Assembly: GCA_963850875.1 (NCBI GenBank)
Contig: CAWKNA010000003.1
Coordinates: 78,972-142,971 of the forward strand
Origin: an uncultured Actinomycetota bacterium
Lineage (GTDB): Bacteria > Actinomycetota > Actinomycetes > Streptosporangiales > Streptosporangiaceae
Direction: 5' to 3'
DNA: 64,000 nt
The position numbers were made by a program, and so were the translations under genes. The notes below the pieces were generated by a model. It saw nothing but the letters and a program-made list of their open reading frames with translations, did no database searches and had not been told where the DNA came from. Numbering within the stretch: the stretch's first letter is position 1; every line of letters starts with the position of its first letter. This document shows positions 18,891 through 27,012 of this stretch, in pieces.

Positions 18891-18916
18891 GGAATGAAGC
18901 CGGTGCCGGCCGTGTT
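18891..18916 (+). promoter_or_regulatory. SigH/SigR-type promoter GGAAT-N18-GTT upstream of sigH
   Basis: GGAAT at 18891-18895, exactly 18 nt, then GTT at 18914-18916. This matches the published SigR/SigH consensus (recalled). Confidence 0.55.
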
Positions 18917-19075
18917 GCAACGCCCGTGTCCATAGCTGCTGACTGCAGGTGCGAAATAGCGTCCGCGGATAAGGCCCGGTACCGATCCGGTGAAATTCGG
19001 GTAGCCACGCGACTGGCCCCGGTGCCCGGCACGGTATCCTCCGCCCGAGGTGGCTGGTTGCCCAGCCAGAGTCGG

Positions 19076-19723
19076 ATGGGCATTGCGGAGGGGGTGGGTC
19101 CGGTACCTGAGACACTGCAGGGGCGCAATGAGCGCTTCGAGCGCGATGTCCTGCCGTACCTGGATCAGCTGTACGCGGCGGCGATGCGGATGACGCGGCA
19201 TCCGGCGGACGCTGAGGACCTGGTACAGGAGACGTTCGCCAAGGCTTACGGATCGTTCCATCAGTACCAGGACGGCACGAACCTGAAGGCCTGGCTGTTC
19301 CGGATCCTGACCAACACGTTCATCAATACCTACCGGAAGCGCCAGCGGGAACCGCAGCGGTCGGGTACCGAGGACATCGAAGACTGGCAGCTGGCCCGCG
19401 CTGCTTCGCACACCTCGTCAGGTCTGAAGTCGGCGGAGGCTGAGGCACTGGAGGGACTGCCGGATTCCGACGTCAAAGAAGCGCTGCAGGCGCTCCCAGA
19501 GGAGTTCAGGATCGCGGTATACCTGGCCGACGTCGAGGGATTCGCCTACAAGGAGATCGCCGACATCATGGGAACCCCGATCGGGACCGTGATGTCCCGA
19601 CTGCACCGGGGTCGCCGGCAGCTCCGGGAGATGCTGCAGGACTATGCGGCCGAACAGGGTCTGGCCAGGGCCGCCGCTCAGGCGTCGTCGTCCGCGCAGA
19701 CGCCGGGGAGGGATCCGCGATGA
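19076..19723 (+). CDS. sigH: ECF sigma factor SigH/SigR
   Basis: [53 protein letters not shown]. Immediately followed by a ZAS anti-sigma gene. Start at ATG 19076; the listed ORF begins at GTG 18926. Confidence 0.9.
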   Translation: MGIAEGVGPVPETLQGRNERFERDVLPYLDQLYAAAMRMTRHPADAEDLVQETFAKAYGSFHQYQDGTNLKAWLFRILTNTFINTYRKRQREPQRSGTEDIEDWQLARAASHTSSGLKSAEAEALEGLPDSDVKEALQALPEEFRIAVYLADVEGFAYKEIADIMGTPIGTVMSRLHRGRRQLREMLQDYAAEQGLARAAAQASSSAQTPGRDPR

Positions 19724-19989
19724 GCTGCGGAAAGCCGCACGAAGTGCCGTGTACCGAGGTCCTCGATCTGGTCTATACCTACCTCGACGGCGAGATGGAT
19801 CAGGTCTCCTACGCCCAGGTCAAGGTCCATCTGGAGGAGTGCGGCCCGTGCCTGCGCGAGTACGGCCTTGAAGAGGTGGTCAAGCGCCTGGTGCACCGGC
19901 ACTGCGGCCATGATCCGGTTCCGGCGGATCTGCTGGAGAAGGTGCTGATCCGGATCGAGGCGGTCAGGGCGCAGATCGACGCTGGCTAG
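19720..19989 (+). CDS. rsrA: anti-sigma factor RsrA/RshA (zinc-associated, redox-sensing)
   Basis: [22 protein letters not shown] (H-x3-C-x2-C). 4-nt ATGA overlap with sigH. Confidence 0.9.
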   Translation: MSCGKPHEVPCTEVLDLVYTYLDGEMDQVSYAQVKVHLEECGPCLREYGLEEVVKRLVHRHCGHDPVPADLLEKVLIRIEAVRAQIDAG

Positions 19990-20146
19990 CTGGCCTGGAA
20001 GCGAGTTGTTTGTCGGCCGGTCCTGGCGCAATCCGGTGTCTCTTTGACGTCGATCTGCTGCCAATGTGCCGGACGCCTACGCGGATAGGCGTGATGGCGT
20101 TACTCTGAGTGGCGTCAGTGCAGGCGGCACGGCCGGCGAGGAGGAC

Positions 20147-21541
20147 ATGGGCAGGCTCTCCTGGATCACCTGGCTCTATATCGCGGCAGCTGTTACGGCG
20201 GCTGTCGCCATTCTTATCCATGAGCCGGGCGGTTCCGCGTCGATGAAGTGGTGGGGGGCTTACGCTGTCCTGGCGGCACTCTTCCTGATCTGCGACTCGA
20301 CTCCCACTCCGCTCGCGCCTCGCCAGTCAGCGTGGTCGCCAAGCTCGGCTGCCACCCTGGCGGCCGTTGTGCTGCTCGGGCCGCAAGGTGCGGCCATGGT
20401 CGGGGCGGTGGCGGTGCTTAGCTTCAGGCCTAGAGGGCCGGTCGCCGAGCGGCTGTTCAACGGTGCCATGTACGCGCTTGCTGGTTATGCGGCCGGACGA
20501 ACTTACGTGACCATCGCCGGACTTCCGAACATACCTGCGCCTGGCATGATCCCCACCCAGCCCAGTCATCCGGACGGCATCCACGTGTCCGGGATGTTCT
20601 CGACGCTGATCGTGCCATTCGCCGTCGCGGCAGCCGTGCACGTACTGGTCAATCACGGCATGCTCTGGGGGATGCTGCGGCTCGACCGCCGTAGCCGCGC
20701 GGCGCAGCAGGCCACGCCAGGGTCGAGCCTGCAACTGCTGCTGGTCTCCGACCTCGGCTTTGCTGGGCTCGGACTCGTTATCGCCGCGCTGTGGGACATC
20801 GTCCCGATGTTCGCCGCCGCCATCGTGCTCGTGCCGCTCTACGTCGCCAGGTGGGCCATGGGGCAGTTCGCCGAGCAGCAGCGGGCCTACGCGGCGACGA
20901 TGGCGGCGCTCTGCCAGGCGGTGGAGACCAAGGACTTCTACACCCGCGGGCACAGCGACCGGGTGTCCCGCGGCTCGGGGATGATCGCCAGGCAGATTGG
21001 CATGCGAACCGACCGCGCCGAAGCGGTGACGTACGCCGGGATGCTGCATGACGTCGGGAAGCTTGGCGTCCCCACGAAGGTGCTGCAGAAGGATGGCCCG
21101 CTCACCGAGGAGGAGTTCGCGGCCATTCAGCTGCATCCGATGCGCGGACTTGAGATCGTCAGGCAGATCGGTTTCCTGAACGAGGCGCTGACCGGGATCA
21201 TGCACCACCACGAACGGATGGATGGCTGCGGCTACCCGATGGGTTTCGCCGGCGCTGAGATCCCCGAGTTCGCCAGGATTATCGCGGTGGCCGATGCGTT
21301 CGACTCGATGACATCCACCCGCTCCTACCGGAAGGCACGCCGGATCGGCGAGGCAATCGCCGAACTGCGCAAGGGGGCCGGGTCGCAGTTCGATCCGAAG
21401 ATCGTCGACGCGTTCGTCGCCGCGCTGAACCGGGAGGGCTGGCAATTGCCCGGGCCGCTGCAGCCGCGCGGTTACGAGATCATCACTTCTCAGGACCACG
21501 ACGATCCGATCTCGCCATTGCGCGTGGTCGAGAGCCTATGA
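20147..21541 (+). CDS. membrane-anchored HD-GYP domain phosphohydrolase
   Basis: GGAGG 5 nt before ATG 20147. Multi-TM N-terminus. HSDRVS, MLHDVGKLGVP, HHERMDGCGYPMG. Confidence 0.85.
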   Translation: MGRLSWITWLYIAAAVTAAVAILIHEPGGSASMKWWGAYAVLAALFLICDSTPTPLAPRQSAWSPSSAATLAAVVLLGPQGAAMVGAVAVLSFRPRGPVAERLFNGAMYALAGYAAGRTYVTIAGLPNIPAPGMIPTQPSHPDGIHVSGMFSTLIVPFAVAAAVHVLVNHGMLWGMLRLDRRSRAAQQATPGSSLQLLLVSDLGFAGLGLVIAALWDIVPMFAAAIVLVPLYVARWAMGQFAEQQRAYAATMAALCQAVETKDFYTRGHSDRVSRGSGMIARQIGMRTDRAEAVTYAGMLHDVGKLGVPTKVLQKDGPLTEEEFAAIQLHPMRGLEIVRQIGFLNEALTGIMHHHERMDGCGYPMGFAGAEIPEFARIIAVADAFDSMTSTRSYRKARRIGEAIAELRKGAGSQFDPKIVDAFVAALNREGWQLPGPLQPRGYEIITSQDHDDPISPLRVVESL

Positions 21542-21551
21542 CGGCGGCAGT

Positions 21552-22880
21552 GTGACGCCGTCCCGTTCGGCGGACCAGCGGTGGCAGGCCTGGCAGTCGG
21601 TGGACTCAGGTCGGCTGCTGCTGCTCGGCACCACCGCGGTCCTGGTAGTGGTGGCGCTAGTAAGAACTGCGGTCAGCATCAAGGTTCAGCAGCCACAGTT
21701 CGCGATCGCATTCGGCCTGTTCATCGCCTTCGGCGAGTTGCTCAGGCTGGCGCTGCCCGGCGGCAGGGAGGCCGCGCCGATCGCTATGACGGCGGCGCTT
21801 GCCTACGCGCTGGTACTGCGGATCGCGCCGCTGTCCGGCATTCTGCTGCGAGGGAATCCCCCGGCGCTTGTCCACATTCCGCCGTTGCAGGTGATCGCCG
21901 TTGCGGCGATCGGCATGTCGCTCGGCGCGTTGCCGCACATCGCGGCGGGCCGCCCGGCCAATGTCACCGGGATGTCGGCCCGGCTGGTCGCGGTGGCCCT
22001 GGTCGCCTTTGTCTTCCGCCCGATGGTCGGCAGGGGCATGTACCTGAGCTACCCGCAGCACCTGTGGGCTGCGATTGCCGTGATGGCCGTCGTGGCGGCG
22101 TTTGGCTGGCTGACTGAGATCGTGATCACCGCCGTGATCCGGGCGGACGATCTGCGGGCCAAGTACTCGGTCACGCTGTCGGACGAGATGGTGTTGCAGT
22201 GGCGGCTTGGCCTGGCGATCGGAGTCTCGGCGATCATCACCGTGCTCGGCGCGGAGGTGATGGGGATCGCCGAGCTGGCCGTCTTCGCCGGGCCGCTGCT
22301 GGTCATCCAGCTAGCGTTCCGCCGGTACGCCGGCATCCGGGCCACCTATTTGCAGACCGTGAGGGCGCTGGCACAGGTGACCGAGGTCGGCGGATACGTC
22401 GAGAGCGGGCACTCCCGCCGGGTCAGCAGGCTGGCGCTGGCCGTCGGCCGGGAGCTCGGCATGCCGGAACTCGACCTGCTGAACCTGGAATACGCGGCGC
22501 TGATGCACGACATCGGCCAGCTGTCCCTGCCTGACCCGATCCCTGGCGGGGCTACTGTGCTGGTCTCCGCCGCTGACCAGCAGCGGATTGCCGACTTCGG
22601 CGCGGAGGTCATCAAGCAGACTGGCGTGCTCGACACCGTGGCTGAGCTGGTCCGCTGTCAGTCCATGCCCAGCCGGGGCGGGGTCAATGACCCGCCGCTT
22701 GGCAGCCGGATCATTCGCGCGGTGAACGCCTTCGATGACCTGGTGGGCGGCTCGGCCGACCGGGACCGGATCGGCGCGGCGCTGGATCGGCTCCGGATGG
22801 ACACCGATACCGAGTACGACCCCGGCGTGGTCTCGGCGCTGGCCATGGTGACCGGCCGACTGCCGGTCAGCCGGCTGTGA
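21552..22880 (+). CDS. membrane-anchored degenerate HD domain protein (no HHE...GYP)
   Basis: Multi-TM N-terminus. GHSRRVS and ALMHDIGQLSLPD are present. No HHExxDGxGYP equivalent is seen. Confidence 0.75.
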   Translation: MTPSRSADQRWQAWQSVDSGRLLLLGTTAVLVVVALVRTAVSIKVQQPQFAIAFGLFIAFGELLRLALPGGREAAPIAMTAALAYALVLRIAPLSGILLRGNPPALVHIPPLQVIAVAAIGMSLGALPHIAAGRPANVTGMSARLVAVALVAFVFRPMVGRGMYLSYPQHLWAAIAVMAVVAAFGWLTEIVITAVIRADDLRAKYSVTLSDEMVLQWRLGLAIGVSAIITVLGAEVMGIAELAVFAGPLLVIQLAFRRYAGIRATYLQTVRALAQVTEVGGYVESGHSRRVSRLALAVGRELGMPELDLLNLEYAALMHDIGQLSLPDPIPGGATVLVSAADQQRIADFGAEVIKQTGVLDTVAELVRCQSMPSRGGVNDPPLGSRIIRAVNAFDDLVGGSADRDRIGAALDRLRMDTDTEYDPGVVSALAMVTGRLPVSRL

Positions 22881-23044
22881 CGGCTTGCCAGGTCTGCCGG
22901 GTCAGCGGGTCGACCGGCCCAGTGCCGGTCAGAGGTCTTGACGGGCTGGCAGGTCTGTCGGATCTGCGGGGCCCGGACGGGCTGACCAGATCTGCCGGGT
23001 CAGTCGATCGCGGCAGCCGGACCGGCGGCCGGTAGGCTGCCGGC

Positions 23045-24388
23045 GTGCTGCCTGAATCGGTATTGATCGCCAACCGTGGCGAGATCGCCCGCCGGATCGC
23101 TAGGACGGCGCGGCGGCTTGGCATCAGGGTCATCGCGGTGTACTCCGAGGCCGACGCCGGGCTGCCGTTCGTGGCCGAAGCGGACGAGGCGATACTGATC
23201 GGCCCGGCTCCGCCAGCGCTCAGCTACCTGAATGCCGGGGCCATCCTGGCCGCGGCCAGCCGGACCGGGGCCGCGGCTATCCACCCCGGCTACGGATTCC
23301 TGGCCGAGCACGCGGAATTCGCGCAGCAGGTCATCAACGCCGGCCTGACCTGGATAGGTCCGCCACCGGACGCGATCGCGCGGATGGGTGACAAGATCAG
23401 CGCCCGCAACCTGATGGCCGCTGCTGGCGTTCCGGTCGCGCCAGGCAGCACCGAGCCGGTGCCCGACGCCGATGCGGCGGCCGAGGTGGCCGCGCGGATC
23501 GGCTACCCAGTGATGATCAAGGCGGCGGCCGGTGGCGGCGGAATCGGGATGAGCGCAGCCGCCGACGTCGCAGCGCTGCGGACCGGATTCGAGACCGCCC
23601 GCACCCGGGCCGAGCGGTTCTTCGGCAGCCCGGCGATCCTGCTTGAGCGCTTCATCGCCCATGCCCGCCACGTCGAGGTGCAGATACTCGGCCTGGCCGA
23701 CGGCCGGGTGGTCGCGCTCGGCGAACGGGACTGCTCGGCGCAGCGCCGCCACCAGAAAGTGGCCGAGGAGACCCCGTCTCCTGGCGTCGGCGCTGAGCTG
23801 CGGGAGCGGATGCTGACCGCCGCCATCCGGGCCGGCCTGGCGGTCGGCTACCGCGGGGCCGGGACCGTGGAGTGCCTGGTCGAGGAGTCGACGGGTGAGT
23901 TCGTCTTCCTTGAGATGAATACCAGGCTTCAGGTCGAGCATCCGGTCACCGAGATGGTCACCGGAATCGACCTGGTAGAGCAGCAACTGCTGATCGCCGG
24001 CGGTGCGGACTGCAGTTTCGACGTGGGGTCCGTTTCGCCTCATGGGCATGCGCTGGAGCTGAGGGTGTACGCCGAGGACCCGGTCAGGTTCCTGCCCAGC
24101 CCAGGGGTGATCACCGGGTGGCATGAGCCGGCCGGCGCCGGGGTGCGGGTCGATGCCGGTTATGCGGCCGGGAACACGGTGACGCCGCATTATGATCCGC
24201 TGCTCGCCAAGCTGATCGTGCACGGAGCCGATCGTGATCAGGCGCTGGAGCGGGCACGGGCGGCGGTCGGGTGCTTCCAGGTCACCGGACCGAAGACCAA
24301 TCTGCCATTCCACGCCGAGCTGCTGGACAGCCCGGACTTCGCCAGCGGCGATTATGACACCGCCGTGGTGAGCAGACTCCGCCCTTGA
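23045..24388 (+). CDS. biotin carboxylase (stand-alone BC subunit of a biotin-dependent carboxylase)
   Basis: LIANRGEIARRI, ATP-grasp MIKAAAGGGGIGM, EMNTRLQVEHPVTE. 447 aa. Confidence 0.9.
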   Translation: MLPESVLIANRGEIARRIARTARRLGIRVIAVYSEADAGLPFVAEADEAILIGPAPPALSYLNAGAILAAASRTGAAAIHPGYGFLAEHAEFAQQVINAGLTWIGPPPDAIARMGDKISARNLMAAAGVPVAPGSTEPVPDADAAAEVAARIGYPVMIKAAAGGGGIGMSAAADVAALRTGFETARTRAERFFGSPAILLERFIAHARHVEVQILGLADGRVVALGERDCSAQRRHQKVAEETPSPGVGAELRERMLTAAIRAGLAVGYRGAGTVECLVEESTGEFVFLEMNTRLQVEHPVTEMVTGIDLVEQQLLIAGGADCSFDVGSVSPHGHALELRVYAEDPVRFLPSPGVITGWHEPAGAGVRVDAGYAAGNTVTPHYDPLLAKLIVHGADRDQALERARAAVGCFQVTGPKTNLPFHAELLDSPDFASGDYDTAVVSRLRP

Positions 24389-24475
24389 CAGCCAGGCGCG
24401 AGAAATGATGGTGTCCGAGGGCCGGGTGACACGCACCAGGCGGCCAGGTCGGGGCTTGAATCCAAGGAGGTGCGC

Positions 24476-24688
24476 GTGATCGAGATCCGCGCGGAGATGG
24501 TCGCCAACGTGTGGAAGGTCGTCGCGGTCGAAGGGGAGGCCGTCGCCGACGGCGACATCGTGGTGATCCTCGAGTCGATGAAGATGGAGATCCCGGTGCT
24601 CGTCGAGAGTTCAGGCCGGATCATCCGGCTGGCCGTAACCGAGGGCGACGTGATCCAGGAGGGCGACTTGATCGCCGTGATCGAATGA
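24476..24688 (+). CDS. small biotinyl carrier protein (TB7.3-like BCCP)
   Basis: ESMKMEIPV biotinylation motif. AAGGAGG at 24464-24470 favours GTG 24476 over the listed 24470. Confidence 0.85.
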   Translation: MIEIRAEMVANVWKVVAVEGEAVADGDIVVILESMKMEIPVLVESSGRIIRLAVTEGDVIQEGDLIAVIE

Positions 24689-25098
24689 CCGCCGATCAGG
24701 ACGGTCTGACGGTCGGGCTGCGAGCGACGGTCAGTGCCGAGGTCACCGAGGCCGACACCGCCGCGGCCCTCGGCAGCGGCGACGTGCCGGTACTTGGCAC
24801 GCCCCGGCTGCTCGCGCTGGCCGAGGCGGCGTCGGTGGCCGCGGTGGCACCGCAGCTCGCGCCGGGACAGACGACCGTAGGTACCGCGGCCTCGCTTGAG
24901 CACCGGCGGCCAAGCCCGGTCGGCACGCAGATCGAGGTCGAGTCCGAGCTGACCGAGATTGACGGGCGCCGGTGCGTGTTCATGTTCATCGCCTACGGGC
25001 CAGGCACCGGCGAGGACGCGGTGATCGGGGCCGGGACGGTGGAGCGGGTGCTACTCGACCGGGATCGGTTCCTGGCTCGGGCAGGTGCTGCCGGGTAG
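24685..25098 (+). CDS. hotdog-fold thioesterase (FlK-like family)
   Basis: ATGA stop/start overlap with the BCCP gene. LGTPRLLALAE...TVGTAASLEHRRPSPVGT...IDGRRCVFMF. Confidence 0.75.
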   Translation: MTADQDGLTVGLRATVSAEVTEADTAAALGSGDVPVLGTPRLLALAEAASVAAVAPQLAPGQTTVGTAASLEHRRPSPVGTQIEVESELTEIDGRRCVFMFIAYGPGTGEDAVIGAGTVERVLLDRDRFLARAGAAG

Positions 25099-25113
25099 CC
25101 GGGCAGCCCGGGG

Positions 25114-26898
25114 TCAGATCCCGGTGGTGGACCGCGGGTAGGCGATCTGCGGGTCGGTGGCGATGTTGACCAGGTAGGGAACGCCAGAGTCGAAGGCGCG
25201 CCGCAGCGCCGGTCCGATCTGGTCCGGCCTGGTGATCAGCTCGCCGGCGCCGCCGAGCGCGGCGGCCACCTGGTCGTACCGGCACTGCGGCTGCAGCTCG
25301 GCGGCCACGTCATAGCCGTACAGCGCCCGCATCGGGTGCTTCTCCAGACCCCAGATCCCGTTGTTGCCGCAGATCATCACGACCGGGAGCCGGTGCCGGA
25401 CCAGTGTGTCCACATCCATCAGCGAGAATCCCGCGGCGCCGTCCCCGAGCAGCAGCACGACCTGGGCGGATGGCCTGCAGACCCGCGCCGCGATCGCGTA
25501 GCCGAGCCCGGTGCCCAGGCATCCGAACGGGCCTGGGTCGAGCCAGCAGCCCGGCTGCCGCGGCTCGATGTACTTGCCTGCGTAGCTGACGAAATCGCCG
25601 CCGTCGCCGATCACCACCGCATCGGGATCGAGCAACTTGGCCAGCTCGCCGTAGATCCGCATCGGGTGAATCGGGTCCGCGTCGCTGGCGAGCAGGTCGG
25701 CGTCGGCGGCTTCCGCAGACCGGCGCGCGTCGGTCAGCCGTGGCAGCCAGTCTCGGGTCCACGGCCGGTTCAGGCCGATCTGGTCGGCGGCGCTGGTCAG
25801 GCCGTCGAAGCAGACCGACAGATCGCCAGCCGCGGCGGCGGCAAGCTCGCGGTGCGCGGCCAACTGGCTGGGGGCATCGGCGACGTGCACGACCTGGGCC
25901 GCAGGCGTGCCATTCTTGCCGCCGTACTCGCCGTAGCCGAGCCGGAAGTCGAGCGGGGTTCCGACCACGATCACCAGGTCAGCCTCGCCGAAGGCGACCG
26001 ACCGCGCCCGGGTGACCAGCAGCGGGTGGCCGGCCGGCAAGATACCGCGGCCCTGGCCGTTGGTGATCACCGGCAACTGCAGCTCCTCGGCCGCCGCTCG
26101 CGCGGCGGTCTGCGCACCGTCCAGCCACACGTCCGATCCGAGCACGAGCACCGGCCGGGCAGACTGCGCCAGCAGCTGGGCGATCCGGGCGAGGCTGCCG
26201 GAGTCCGGATCGCCGCCGGCGGCGCTGTCAGCCGCCGGGCCGGCCTTATCGTGGAGAGTTTGCTGCGCCTGACGCATGGAACTCTCCACGATCATGGACG
26301 GCGGGACTCCGCCAGCCGCCGCTGAGCCGGACCGGGATGCCGGGGCATTGTCGGACCCTGGGTCAGGCGTCCCGAAGAGCGCCTCAAGGGCGACATCAAG
26401 GAAGACTGGTCCGCGATGGCGGGCGCAGGCCAGCCGGAAGGCCTCGCTGACCGCCGGGCCGACTCCGGCGGCGTGGTGCTCGGTCCAGGCCCGTTTGGTG
26501 ATCGGGCCGAGCAGGCCGGGATGATCGAATTCCTGCAGGCTGCCCGATCCCCATCGGTAGTCCGGTGCCCGGCCGGCCAGCACCACCACGCTTGATCCGT
26601 TGAAATGAGCGGTCGTGATCGCGCTGACCCCGTTGGTCACGCCAGGTCCTGCGGTGAGCACGGCGAAGCCCGGTGACCTGGTCAGCCGGGCGGTGGCCTC
26701 GGCTGCGAAGACGGCGGTCTGCTCGTGCCTGACGTCCAGGATCGGCATCGGCGGGTCGGCCTTGACCGCTCCGTCATAAACCGGAAAGATGTGCCCGCCG
26801 GACAGGGTGAAGATCGTCCGCGCGCCGTGCGCCCGGGCGGCGGCGACCGCCTGCGCGCCGCCGTGATTGACTGCCTGGAGCTGCTTGTCCTGCGCCAT
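25114..26898 (-). CDS. thiamine-pyrophosphate enzyme (acetolactate synthase large-subunit-like)
   Basis: TPP motif [30 protein letters not shown]. Start at ATG 26896-26898 ([10 protein letters not shown]). The 146-aa N-terminal extension of the listed ORF is rejected. Confidence 0.85.
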   Translation of the reverse strand: MAQDKQLQAVNHGGAQAVAAARAHGARTIFTLSGGHIFPVYDGAVKADPPMPILDVRHEQTAVFAAEATARLTRSPGFAVLTAGPGVTNGVSAITTAHFNGSSVVVLAGRAPDYRWGSGSLQEFDHPGLLGPITKRAWTEHHAAGVGPAVSEAFRLACARHRGPVFLDVALEALFGTPDPGSDNAPASRSGSAAAGGVPPSMIVESSMRQAQQTLHDKAGPAADSAAGGDPDSGSLARIAQLLAQSARPVLVLGSDVWLDGAQTAARAAAEELQLPVITNGQGRGILPAGHPLLVTRARSVAFGEADLVIVVGTPLDFRLGYGEYGGKNGTPAAQVVHVADAPSQLAAHRELAAAAAGDLSVCFDGLTSAADQIGLNRPWTRDWLPRLTDARRSAEAADADLLASDADPIHPMRIYGELAKLLDPDAVVIGDGGDFVSYAGKYIEPRQPGCWLDPGPFGCLGTGLGYAIAARVCRPSAQVVLLLGDGAAGFSLMDVDTLVRHRLPVVMICGNNGIWGLEKHPMRALYGYDVAAELQPQCRYDQVAAALGGAGELITRPDQIGPALRRAFDSGVPYLVNIATDPQIAYPRSTTGI

Positions 26899-27012
26899 GG
26901 CCGCGACGTTACCGGGTTTAGCGCGTCGCTGCAGGCTGCGATGGACGGCATCGTTGACGTGCGGCGGGGGACGGTGCACCGGCGGCCAGCCAGGCAATGC
27001 GATGATGGCGAG

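Noticed and set aside
18926-19075. A 50-codon N-terminal extension of SigH, as listed in the ORF track.
   Set aside because: Third-position GC is only about two-thirds by hand count, versus very high in neighbouring genes. Conserved sigma regions begin after Met at 19076. It is kept only as a hypothesis in the findings.
23000-24436. A 478-aa ORF antisense to the biotin carboxylase. Many similar long ORFs occur: 8533-9528, 15353-16156, 17505-18164, 18284-19411, 20327-21499, 25336-26325, 27573-28592, 30845-32059, 33566-34768, 39226-39984, 43611-44141, 46013-46669, 49939-51033, 54868-56316, 57290-58366, 61886-62878, 62875-63930.
   Set aside because: Arg/Pro/Gly-rich translations with no recognisable motifs. 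Each lies opposite a gene with clear family signatures. This is the typical stop-codon-poor shadow frame of high-GC DNA.
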